A stretch of DNA of 25,866 nucleotides from a virus (lineage: Duplodnaviria; Heunggongvirae; Uroviricota; Caudoviricetes): IMG/VR virus record IMGVR_UViG_2724679538_000003; one strand, given 5' to 3'. How positions within the stretch are numbered: position 1 is the first letter of the stretch; each line of letters starts with the position of its first letter. The notes beneath the pieces are model-generated. The model searched no databases and was not told where the DNA came from. It was given only the letters and a program-made list of their open reading frames with translations. This document shows, in pieces, positions 1 through 7,745 of this stretch. The position numbers and the translations under genes are program-made.

Positions 1-685
1 TTTGCGCTCCAGAAAAGAGTGACGCCCGCGAGTGTGCAGCTCCGGGCGCCGTGGCGTTTTGTGTCTGTGGAGAAACTAACGCATGAACAGTTTAACGGCA
101 AATAACCGTTTGTCGCAACAGCTGGTGATCAGCGTGGCTGAACACCTGTTGTTACGGCATGAATGCAGATTATCAAATCACCTGGCTGTAAGTAACCACA
201 GAGAACTTTACCTGACTGTGGGGGGCGAGTTGTGCAGGAACTTAACCGCTGGTTTCGTGACGGAAGAGGGCTTTATGTCCATGTTATTCGTTGGGAGCCA
301 GAAACACAGCGCGTTATCTATCTTCGCAAAGACTACCCGCATGAGTGCTTTAGTCCTTTGTGGAAATTCAGGCGTGATTTTGTTGAGTGCGAAGAAACAC
401 CAGCACATTGATTCTGTCATTCCGGGACGTTACACTGTTCAGGCACCTTATAAAGCGGGTGCCGGGATTGGCGTCCTGGAATTGCATACGGCGACAATTG
501 GCGCGTTAGCGTCTTTTTTGTTGCTACAACTCAGCTATACCCAAATTATGGTGGGCTGGGTGGGGGCACCGAAAGGTGCGCCGGTTTCCGTATGCGCCGG
601 TTACGCCAACCCTGCTCAGTTCACCACCAGCGAAATTGGCGTTTCCGGTGGTGGAAGTTATCCATTGCATACGGAGGCTGCCATC

Positions 686-1231
686 ATGGCTACTGTCCCA
701 GCCCTCACTCGTCCCGAAATTACCATTGCTAACGGTCAGGCCGTTACTTCCTCGTTGGCCATTGCTGACTACTTCTCCAAGCGTCACGATGATGTTCTGA
801 AAAGAGTACGTGCGCTGGAATGTTCACCGGAATTTAACGCCCGCAATTTTGCGGCGGTCGAATACGTTGATGCGAAAGGTGAGCTCCGTCCTGCTTACCA
901 AATCACCCGCGACGGCTTTGCGTTTCTTGCTATGGGTTTCACGGGTAAACGTGCTGCCCAGTTCAAAGAGGCATATATCAATGCCTTTAACCAGATGGAG
1001 AAACAGCTTTCAAAGCCCTCTGTACCGAGCGACGTTGCACATAACGCCAGCGTTCTCTGTTCCTACATTTCATCAATTCATCATGTCTGGCTGCAGCAGC
1101 TTTATCCTATGTTGGCAAAAGCCGAATCTCCGCTGGCTGTTAGCTTATATGACTATATTAATGATGCTTCGGCGCTGGCCTGCCTCATAAATTTGTCGCT
1201 GAACCCTTCAGAGGTAAGGGGGCGCAAATGA
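686..1231 (+). CDS. Phage regulatory protein Rha family (about 181 aa)
   Basis: ATG at 686 preceded by GGAGG (674-678); N-terminal region (TSSLAIADYFSKRHDDVLKRVRALE...FNARNFAAVEYVDAKGELRPAYQITRDGFAFL) has the character of the Rha domain as I recall it. The track ORF 83..1231 extends upstream in frame, but that extension has no SD and looks non-protein-like. Confidence 0.75.
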   Translation: MATVPALTRPEITIANGQAVTSSLAIADYFSKRHDDVLKRVRALECSPEFNARNFAAVEYVDAKGELRPAYQITRDGFAFLAMGFTGKRAAQFKEAYINAFNQMEKQLSKPSVPSDVAHNASVLCSYISSIHHVWLQQLYPMLAKAESPLAVSLYDYINDASALACLINLSLNPSEVRGRK

Positions 1232-1452
1232 TCCGGAATATTTTCAAACGGTTTACCAATCAGACTTTCCGTTGTCCTCGTCCGGGTCAGTGGTACACCA
1301 CGCCTGCAGGGCATGTTCTACGTGTTAGCCTGGTTGACCGTGAATGTCAGAAAGTGATTTGTGAACCGCTGGGCCGTAATTACCGCGTCAGTATGCCGCT
1401 TATAGCCTTTCGCTCTGGAAAAAACATGAAGCATCTCGGAGGTGCAGCATGA
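1228..1452 (+). CDS. Hypothetical small basic protein (74 aa), translationally coupled
   Basis: ATGA overlap with the Rha stop (1228-1231) and again with the start of the next gene (1449-1452); an operon-internal position typical of real small phage genes. No recognisable family. Confidence 0.5.
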   Translation: MIRNIFKRFTNQTFRCPRPGQWYTTPAGHVLRVSLVDRECQKVICEPLGRNYRVSMPLIAFRSGKNMKHLGGAA

Positions 1453-2279
1453 GTATGGAGCTGATGGTTAAAGCGATGAAAATTCGAGTGGGTAATCCAT
1501 TGCGAAAACTGGTTCTGATCAAGCTGGCTGATAACGCCAGCGATCAGGGTGAGTGCTGGCCCAGCTACCAGCATATTGCTGACCAGTGCGAGATTAGCAA
1601 ACGTTCTGTGATGAATCATATTGCGGCTCTTTGTGATTCCGGACTGGTAAAAAAAGTCATCCGGAAAGGTGAAAAAGGTAACTCAAGTAATATCTATCTC
1701 CTTCATCTTGATGGTGCAGGAGATTCACTAGGGGGTAGTGCAAATAATTCACTATCTGGTGCAGCAAATTCACCAGGTAGTGCAGGAGTTGCACCAGGGG
1801 GTGGTGCAGGAGATTCACCCAGAACCAGTCACTCTTTTGAACCAGTCAAAGAACCAGTCAAAGAACCAGTCAATGAACCAATAGCTGTTGGTGCATCTGC
1901 TGATGAGTCTGTGCGAGTTCGTTCAAACCGACCGGAATACTCTCCGGAGTTTGAGCTGGCATGGCTGGCATACCCCAAACGTGCTGGTGGCAATTCAAAA
2001 TCTGCAGCCTTCAAAGCCTGGAAAGCCCGTTTGAATGAGGGGGTAAAACCCGAAACTATGCTGGAAGGTGTGAAACGCTACGCGGGCTGGGTATCTGCGA
2101 TGGGTAACAGCGGCACACAATTTGTTAAACAGGCTGTCACGTTCTTTGGTCCGGATCGTCATTTCGAAGAATCCTGGGAAGTTCCTGCGGTATCGGCAGC
2201 CAGATGCGAAGACCCGTGCTTCAAAGCCAGTTACAACAATGTGGACTACAGCCAGATCCCGGCAGGGTTCAGGGGGTGA
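1449..2279 (+). CDS. Replication initiator, lambda O-like (N-terminal HTH domain, repeat-encoded linker, C-terminal domain)
   Basis: GGAGG at 1438-1442, ATG at 1449. N-terminus (RKLVLIKLADNASDQGECWPSYQHIADQCEISKRSVMNHIAALCDSGLV) is wHTH-like. The central low-complexity linker is encoded by iteron-like DNA repeats, the same layout as lambda O/ori. Confidence 0.75.
   Translation: MSMELMVKAMKIRVGNPLRKLVLIKLADNASDQGECWPSYQHIADQCEISKRSVMNHIAALCDSGLVKKVIRKGEKGNSSNIYLLHLDGAGDSLGGSANNSLSGAANSPGSAGVAPGGGAGDSPRTSHSFEPVKEPVKEPVNEPIAVGASADESVRVRSNRPEYSPEFELAWLAYPKRAGGNSKSAAFKAWKARLNEGVKPETMLEGVKRYAGWVSAMGNSGTQFVKQAVTFFGPDRHFEESWEVPAVSAARCEDPCFKASYNNVDYSQIPAGFRG
1713..1818. repeat. Putative replication origin iterons: five 16-bp imperfect palindromes (gGTGCAnnAnnTtCAC) at 21-24 bp spacing
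   Basis: Copies start at about 1713, 1737, 1758, 1779 and 1803; the first and last are identical (ggtgcaggagattcac). Each has internal dyad symmetry (GTGCA...TtCAC). They lie inside the initiator gene, as lambda ori lies inside O. Confidence 0.65.
1822..1880. repeat. 12-bp tandem repeat (gaaccagtcaaa, about 3.5 copies plus one degenerate copy) encoding an (EPVK)n linker
   Basis: Direct tandem copies at 1839-1850, 1851-1862 and 1863-1874, partial at 1875-1880, with a diverged copy at 1822-1833. They translate to EPVKEPVKEPVNEP in the initiator frame. Confidence 0.8.
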
Positions 2280-2281
2280 TC

Positions 2282-2761
2282 ATGAGCCTGATGAGTGAGA
2301 TTCAAAAATTCATTGAAAGCAATCCTGGATGTACGACCGGTGATATTGCGAATGCGTTTGCATACTTTCCACGTCCCCGTGTACTGAATACGACCAGTAA
2401 GTTACGCCAGTGCAGACGTGTCGCTTATCGCAGTGAAGGCAAAACACACAGGCATTTTTCTCGCAAGGCTGTGTTGCCACCTGAGCCGGTGCTGAAGCAT
2501 ATGAGTGTGGCCAGTAAAAGCTACGTCGGCACTAATGATCAGCGGGTGATTTTGCGCCTGATTCAGCAGGCAGAAGATCTGGAGTCCAGAGGTTTATTCC
2601 GTCGTGCTGCAACGGTGTGGATGGAGGCATTCCGTGAAAGCCACTCCCAGTCAGAACGAAACAATTTTCTGGCGCGTCGTGAGCAGTGTTTACGGAAAAG
2701 CAGCAAGCGCGCTGTATCGGGTGATGAGTGGTATCTGTCAGGGAATTACGTGGGGGGTTAA
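2282..2761 (+). CDS. PerC-like transcriptional regulator (159 aa; C-terminal PerC-like motif)
   Basis: AGGGGG SD at 2271-2276, ATG at 2282. Motif LESRGLFRRAATVWMEAF matches the PerC/Pch family signature (LE..G..RRAA..W) as I recall it. The longer track ORF 2204.. has no SD. Confidence 0.6.
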   Translation: MSLMSEIQKFIESNPGCTTGDIANAFAYFPRPRVLNTTSKLRQCRRVAYRSEGKTHRHFSRKAVLPPEPVLKHMSVASKSYVGTNDQRVILRLIQQAEDLESRGLFRRAATVWMEAFRESHSQSERNNFLARREQCLRKSSKRAVSGDEWYLSGNYVGG

Positions 2762-3087
2762 TGACGACGTTAACTCAATGCCAGCAGCAGGTGCTGGATA
2801 TGCTGATTTCTTATCAGAAAGAACGTGGTTTCCCGCCAACCAATCAGGAGGTGGCAGCCATGCTGGGATACCGTTCGGTGAATGCAGCGGTGGAGCATCT
2901 TCGCGCACTGGAGAAAAAAGGCGTCATCACGATAAAGCGTGGCGTGGCCCGGGGGATAACGCTTCATACCGTAGTGAAGGACGACGACAGCGAGGTGGTC
3001 GGGATTATCCGCGCACTGCTTGCCGGTGAGGAAAACGCCAGGCTGCGTGCAACTCACTGGTTACATGAGAGGGGCTTGAAAGTATGA
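2761..3087 (+). CDS. LexA-like N-terminal DNA-binding-domain protein lacking the S24 peptidase domain (108 aa)
   Basis: TAATG overlap with the upstream stop. Residues 1-69 (MTTLTQCQQQVLDMLISYQKERGFPPTNQEVAAMLGYRSVNAAVEHLRALEKKGVITIKRGVARGITL) align position by position with the E. coli LexA N-terminal wHTH as recalled; the C-terminal 40 aa show no protease motifs. Confidence 0.75.
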   Translation: MTTLTQCQQQVLDMLISYQKERGFPPTNQEVAAMLGYRSVNAAVEHLRALEKKGVITIKRGVARGITLHTVVKDDDSEVVGIIRALLAGEENARLRATHWLHERGLKV

Positions 3088-3473
3088 AGCTTATCCTGCC
3101 TTTCCCGCCCAGCGTGAACACGTACTGGCGACACCCTAACAAAGGGGCGTTTGCAGGTAAGAGCCTGATAAGCGCGGCGGGGCGAAAATTCCAGAGCGCG
3201 GCGTGCGCTGCAATAGTTGAGCAGTTACGACGTCTGCCGAAACCAACGTCGGCACCTGCTTCAGTGGAGATCGTGTTGTTTCCTCCTGATAACCGGATCC
3301 GCGATCTGGACAACTATAACAAGGCGCTGTTTGACGCCCTGACCCACGCGGGGGTGTGGAAAGACGACAGCCAGGTGAAAAGAATGCTGGTGGAGTGGGG
3401 ATCGGTTATCCCGGAAGGGAAGGTCGAGATCACTATCTGTAAGTACGAGAAAACGGCGGGTGCAGCTGCCTGA
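3084..3473 (+). CDS. rusA: Holliday junction resolvase RusA
   Basis: ATGA overlap with the upstream gene; 129 aa; sequence (MKLILPFPPSVNTYW...DLDNYNKALFDALTHAGVWKDDSQV) is typical of RusA. Confidence 0.85.
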   Translation: MKLILPFPPSVNTYWRHPNKGAFAGKSLISAAGRKFQSAACAAIVEQLRRLPKPTSAPASVEIVLFPPDNRIRDLDNYNKALFDALTHAGVWKDDSQVKRMLVEWGSVIPEGKVEITICKYEKTAGAAA

Positions 3474-3492
3474 TCAAGAGGAGAAACGAAGT

Positions 3493-4302
3493 ATGAATAA
3501 TCTGATGGTCATTGATGGTATTGAAGTTCGTCGTGATGCTTATGGGCGTTACAGCCTGAACGATCTGCATCGCGCAGCAGTAGCATCTGGTGCAAATGCC
3601 AGAACCAAGGAGCCAGGAAAGTTTCTTTCCAGCCAACAAACTGTTGAGCTTGTTCATGAATTAACCAACACCCAGAATTTGGGTGTTGACCCGGTGAGTG
3701 TGATTCATGGGGGAAATGAACGCGGAACGTATGTCTGTAAGGAACTGGTGTATGCCTATGCAATGTGGATCAGCCCGTCATTCCATCTGAAGGTGATCCG
3801 TACTTTCGACATGGTAACCAGCGCACCGGAAAAATTATCCGGACAGGCTGCTGACAAGATGCAGGCTGGTGTGATTCTGCTGGACTTTATGCGCCGGGAA
3901 TTAAACCTGTCTAACTCTTCAGTGCTTGGTGCCTGTCAGAAACTCCAGGAGGCTGTTGGCTTACCGAATCTGGCACCGCGCTATGCCATTGATGCTCCTG
4001 CTGACGCGCCTGATGGCTCAAGCCGCCCCACGCTGTCACTGAGTGCACTGCTGAAGCAGTATGGTATCCGCCTGACGGCTAATCAGGCATATCACCAGAT
4101 GGTGAAGCTGGGGATCGTTGAACAACGCGAACGATACAGCCGTACCGCGATTAACAACATCAAAAAATTCTGGTCGCTGACGGCGAAAGGCTGCATGTTC
4201 GGCAAGAACATCACCAGTCCTGCAAATCCGCGCGAGACGCAGCCGCATTTCTTCGAATCCCGATTCCCTGAGCTGTTAAAGCTGCTCGATACCGTTCATT
4301 GA
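3493..4302 (+). CDS. KilA-N domain protein (antirepressor-like)
   Basis: AAGAGGAG SD then ATG at 3493. N-terminus (MNNLMVIDGIEVRRDAYGRYSLNDLHRAA...ELVYAYAMWISPSFHLKV) is KilA-N-like; the C-terminal half is unassigned. Confidence 0.75.
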   Translation: MNNLMVIDGIEVRRDAYGRYSLNDLHRAAVASGANARTKEPGKFLSSQQTVELVHELTNTQNLGVDPVSVIHGGNERGTYVCKELVYAYAMWISPSFHLKVIRTFDMVTSAPEKLSGQAADKMQAGVILLDFMRRELNLSNSSVLGACQKLQEAVGLPNLAPRYAIDAPADAPDGSSRPTLSLSALLKQYGIRLTANQAYHQMVKLGIVEQRERYSRTAINNIKKFWSLTAKGCMFGKNITSPANPRETQPHFFESRFPELLKLLDTVH

Positions 4303-4303
4303 G

Positions 4304-5299
4304 GTGACCGTGAGAGCACTACTGACCCCTGAAATTGCCCCGCGTATGGGGATCGTATTGTTCAGGCCAGGTTCAGAGCTGATGCCCCTGTTTATGCAGG
4401 GGCGTGTCCTGCTGGAGCCTGAGCCGGAACGTTATTCATCTTTTGCCAGTGGTGCCGTTCCGGCGGCATCACAACCGCTGGCGGATGATCCTGCCGTTCG
4501 GGCCGTGTTCCGCAATGAGGCAGTGATCCGTCGTGCTGGTGGCGTGGAATGTCTTGAAAGCTGGTTACTTCGTGAAAAAGGATGCCAGTGGCCTCATTCC
4601 GACTGGCACAGCGAGAACATGACCACAATGCGCCACGCGCCTGGCGCAATCCGTCTGTGCTGGCACTGCGATAACCAGCTGCGCGATCAGTTCACGGAAC
4701 GGCTGGAATCAATGGCAACGGATAACTGTGCCCGCTGGGTGTTGTCTGTTGTGCGTCGGGATCTCGGTTTTGATGACAGTCACGTTGTGACAATGCCGGA
4801 ACTGTGCTGGTGGCTGGTTCGTAATGACCTGGCGGATGCCTTACCGGAAAGTGCAGCCCATAAGGCACTGAGATTACCGAAGCCTGTTGTGCCATCTGTC
4901 ACCCGGGAAAGTGACCTTGTGCCTTCGATTCCTGCCACCAGCATCATCCAGGATAAAGCGAAAAAGGTGCTGGCGCTGAAAGTGGATCCGGAGTCGCCGG
5001 AGTCTTTTATGTTACGCCCCAAACGTCGCCGCTGGGTTAATGAAAAGTACACGCGCTGGGTTAAGACGCAGCCGTGCGCATGTTGTGGAAAGGCAGCTGA
5101 TGATCCCCACCACCTGATAGGCCACGGTCAGGGGGGAATGGGTACAAAAGCGCATGATCTCTTTGTGTTGCCTTTGTGCAGAAAGCATCACGAAGAGCTG
5201 CATGCGGATACCGTGACATTTGAAGAGAAGTATGGCTCCCAGCTGGAGCTGATATTTCGTTTTATCGATCGTGCGCTGGCAATAGGCGTACTGGCGTAA
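4304..5299 (+). CDS. DUF968-type phage protein with C-terminal Cys/His zinc-binding (HNH-like) module
   Basis: C-terminus CACCGKAADDPHHLIGHGQGGMGTKAHDLFVLPLCRKHHEELH resembles Qin ydfU-type DUF968. The start is uncertain (GTG 4304 or 4310, ATG 4346 or 4382). Confidence 0.65.
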   Translation: MTVRALLTPEIAPRMGIVLFRPGSELMPLFMQGRVLLEPEPERYSSFASGAVPAASQPLADDPAVRAVFRNEAVIRRAGGVECLESWLLREKGCQWPHSDWHSENMTTMRHAPGAIRLCWHCDNQLRDQFTERLESMATDNCARWVLSVVRRDLGFDDSHVVTMPELCWWLVRNDLADALPESAAHKALRLPKPVVPSVTRESDLVPSIPATSIIQDKAKKVLALKVDPESPESFMLRPKRRRWVNEKYTRWVKTQPCACCGKAADDPHHLIGHGQGGMGTKAHDLFVLPLCRKHHEELHADTVTFEEKYGSQLELIFRFIDRALAIGVLA

Positions 5300-5312
5300 G
5301 TGGAGAACAAGC

Positions 5313-6065
5313 ATGAACCTTGAAGCCTTACCAAAATATTACTCCCCAAAATCTCCAAAATTGAGTGATGACGCACCGGCGACAGGCTCGGGTGGTTTAA
5401 CAATTACAGATGTGATGGCTGCGCAGGGGATGGTGCAGTCGAAAGCACCGCTTGGGTTTGCCTTATTCCTGGCAAAAGTTGGTGTTCAGGATCCTCAGTT
5501 TGCGATTGAAGGTCTGCTCAATTACGCGATGGCACTGGATAACCCGACATTGAACAAATTGAGTGAAGAAACCCGGCTACAGATCATTCCTTACCTTGTG
5601 AATTTTGCCTTTGCTGATTATTCCAGGTCTGCGGCAAGTAAGGCTCGCTGTGAGCATTGTGCTGGTACTGGATTTCATAATGTATTGCGCGAGGTGGTGA
5701 AACACTCCAGAAGCGGGGAATCTGTTATCAAGGAAGAGTGGGTGAAGGAACTATGTCAGCATTGTCATGGTAAGGGAGAAGTCAGCACAGCGTGCAGAGG
5801 GTGTAAGGGTAAAGGTATTGTCCTGGATGAAAAAAGGACCCGGCTTCATGGCGCGCCTGTTTATAAGATTTGTGGGCGTTGCAATGGAAACCGGTTTAGT
5901 CGTTTACCAACGACACTGGCGCGGTGTCATGTCCAGAAGCTGGTACCAGACCTGACTGATTATCAGTGGTACAAAGGATATGCAGATGTCATTGATAAAC
6001 TGGTTACAAAGTGCTGGCAGGAAGAAGCATATGCTGAGGTGCAATTAAGAAAAGTGACGAGATAA
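5313..6065 (+). CDS. Late-gene antiterminator Q-like protein
   Basis: GGAGA SD, 250 aa, Cys-rich zinc-binding region (CEHCAGTG...CQHCHGKG...CRGCKGKG). Lies immediately upstream of a strong promoter and terminator, as Q lies before pR'/tR'. Confidence 0.8.
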   Translation: MNLEALPKYYSPKSPKLSDDAPATGSGGLTITDVMAAQGMVQSKAPLGFALFLAKVGVQDPQFAIEGLLNYAMALDNPTLNKLSEETRLQIIPYLVNFAFADYSRSAASKARCEHCAGTGFHNVLREVVKHSRSGESVIKEEWVKELCQHCHGKGEVSTACRGCKGKGIVLDEKRTRLHGAPVYKICGRCNGNRFSRLPTTLARCHVQKLVPDLTDYQWYKGYADVIDKLVTKCWQEEAYAEVQLRKVTR

Positions 6066-6096
6066 ATGATTTTCGCCGAAGATGGCGACGTAATGC

Positions 6097-6125
6097 TTGC
6101 ATTTTTCAAAAAATATGGATAAAAT
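6097..6125 (+). promoter_or_regulatory. Putative Q-dependent late promoter (pR'-like): -35 TTGCAT, 17-bp spacer, -10 TAAAAT
   Basis: TTGCAT at 6097-6102 and TAAAAT at 6120-6125, about 30 bp after the Q stop. Confidence 0.6.
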
Positions 6126-6171
6126 TTTTTCAACGATGGGCTTTATATACCCGACGTTAAGAAAAAGTAGA

Positions 6172-6197
6172 AAACCCGCTGATGAGCGGGTTTTTGT
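6172..6197 (+). terminator. Rho-independent terminator (tR'-like)
   Basis: Hairpin cccgct-gatg-agcggg (6175-6190) flanked by an A-run and TTTTT (6191-6195), about 50-70 nt downstream of the putative late promoter. Confidence 0.7.
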
Positions 6198-6480
6198 GCT
6201 TTAAATAGGGTAATAGAGATGTTGAATCTCATTCCGGGATTCATGTTTGTTTACTTATTATTTATCGGGTGACTTTGCCTGATGTTTAAAATGTTTTCTT
6301 CCAGTACTATGTCCCTAGATACAATGAGTCTGCATATTACATTATTAGCAGAGCTATTACGGTCAAAGTACAGCATAAGCTTTAAAAGCCAATCAACCAG
6401 TCATCAAGACAGACGGGGTTATTCATGAAAACTCTCCATGTTTGATTCGATGGGGCCTGAAATTAAAGCTTTAATATAGC

Positions 6481-6693
6481 TCATGAAAGGTAAACATTGG
6501 CAGCTGAAGGGCCACGCAGACCATTTATCCGGCAAAATTCCACGCGTAATCCGGTGGTAATTTCTTCTGCATCGCGGAGATTGAGCGCTGAAACATGAAG
6601 CTGGACATCGATACGACCATCGGATGGGGTGATAAGACCCTTGCCGCTTTTGCCGTCAAAGGTTTTGACAATTCCTGTCATTTTACGGGACAA
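6481..6693 (-). CDS. cspF: Cold-shock protein family, CspF-like
   Basis: 70 aa, [26 protein letters not shown]...[13 protein letters not shown]; matches the Qin CspF pattern as recalled. Confidence 0.85.
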
Positions 6694-6995
6694 AAAAAAA
6701 TTCCTTAATACTGATAACTGGGCGCACTATACACACGTTCCTGAAGAAAGCTATAGTTTTTTGATGGGGTTGAAGATGGCTGGATGTCTAAAATAAACAT
6801 TGCTTCATATGTTCAACTATGCGTTAATGATTGCGTCGGTTTGAAGAACAGACGATATACGAAGTAGTTTACTAAAGCAGTTCTCATTTCAGGTGTTATT
6901 CACTTATTCCTTCTTTGAGTCTCTCCAATTAAGTACGAAGTCGTTTCTGTTATACAAGCCATTTATGCCGAAAGGCTCAAGTTAAGGAATGTAGA

Positions 6996-7211
6996 ATGTC
7001 AAATAAAATGACTGGTTTAGTAAAATGGTTTAACGCTGATAAAGGTTTTGGCTTTATTTCTCCTGTTGATGGTAGTAAAGATGTGTTTGTGCATTTTTCT
7101 GCGATTCAGAATGATAATTTTCGAACCTTATTTGAAGGTCAAAAGGTTACCTTCTCTGTAGAGAGTGGTGCTAAAGGTCCTGCAGCAGCAAATGTCATAA
7201 TTACTGATTAA
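6996..7211 (+). CDS. cspB: Cold-shock protein, CspB-like
   Basis: 71 aa, [38 protein letters not shown]...; canonical CspA-family RNP motifs; about 290-bp upstream leader typical of csp genes. Confidence 0.9.
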   Translation: MSNKMTGLVKWFNADKGFGFISPVDGSKDVFVHFSAIQNDNFRTLFEGQKVTFSVESGAKGPAAANVIITD

Positions 7212-7492
7212 AATTCATAGTTTGTCTGTATACGATAACGAAGAAGGCTGATGCCTGAGTGGAGATACAGACAGAGTGGTGAATATTGGATCTCTTTAAT
7301 AAATAGTAAGGAGGTCCAATACATGAAACAATGGCCAGCATATTTGGCAATAACTTAATCAGGAAAAGTATGCTAACCATTGTGGTGAAGTGCAGGTTTG
7401 CTGCATGAATAGTTTTACAGCAGAAGCTAACTGCTGGCATAGCAAAACAAAGTGCGTAAGTGGATGACTCCCACAAAAAGTACCACAATATT

Positions 7493-7516
7493 AAACCCGC
7501 TCAGGCGGGTTTTTTA
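7493..7516. terminator. Bidirectional rho-independent terminator
   Basis: aaa-cccgc-tcag-gcggg-tttttt; an A-run upstream and a T-run downstream let it work on both strands. Sits downstream of cspB (+) and of the minus-strand zinc-ribbon gene. Confidence 0.7.
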
Positions 7517-7574
7517 TTATCTGCTTTAAATATGTTATTAAAATATAAAAAATACTTGTTACGAATAAAATCAA

Positions 7575-7745
7575 TCAAGCTACAGCTTTAAGATTTGTCT
7601 GGAATACTTTGTTGCAATGAGGGCAGATCAAAAGGGCACCTTTTTGTACTCTTGAAAAACTGTGTTCTGACTCTTGGGTGCAGTTTGGGCAGGAACATTT
7701 AACGAGATAATTACGGCGTGATTTTGAGTCTTTACGTTCTGACAT
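7575..7745 (-). CDS. Small zinc-ribbon protein (56 aa; CxxC-x17-CxxC)
   Basis: Minus-strand ATG at 7745 with an AGGAAAAG SD upstream; MSERKDSKSRRNYLVKCSCPNCTQESEHSFSRVQKGALLICPHCNKVF...; terminator directly downstream. The track ORF extends to 7796 but the internal start has the SD. Confidence 0.55.
   Translation of the reverse strand: MSERKDSKSRRNYLVKCSCPNCTQESEHSFSRVQKGALLICPHCNKVFQTNLKAVA

Noticed and set aside
500-545. Possible sigma70 promoter (TTGCTA, 17 bp, AATTAT) and a weak hairpin plus T-run (about 505-520) upstream of Rha
   Set aside because: Matches to consensus are weak and the hairpin stem is only 3-4 bp; not reported as features without transcript data.
83-1231. Single 382-aa ORF spanning the upstream leader and Rha
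   Set aside because: The Rha domain begins right at the SD-preceded ATG 686. The upstream 200 residues have no SD-led start and are low in charge and compositionally odd. Treated as Rha (686-1231) plus an unexplained upstream region.
1713-1880. Direct repeats considered as a CRISPR array or mobile-element terminal repeats
   Set aside because: Repeats are 16-bp imperfect palindromes at 21-24 bp spacing plus a 12-bp tandem array, all in frame within a replication initiator gene. They lack CRISPR repeat/spacer dimensions and fit ori iterons.
7201-7488. 95-aa minus-strand ORF downstream of cspB
   Set aside because: Hydrophobic, low-complexity translation, no SD, and it overlaps the SD-led micro-ORFs and the cspB 3' region; likely a chance ORF in AT-rich DNA.
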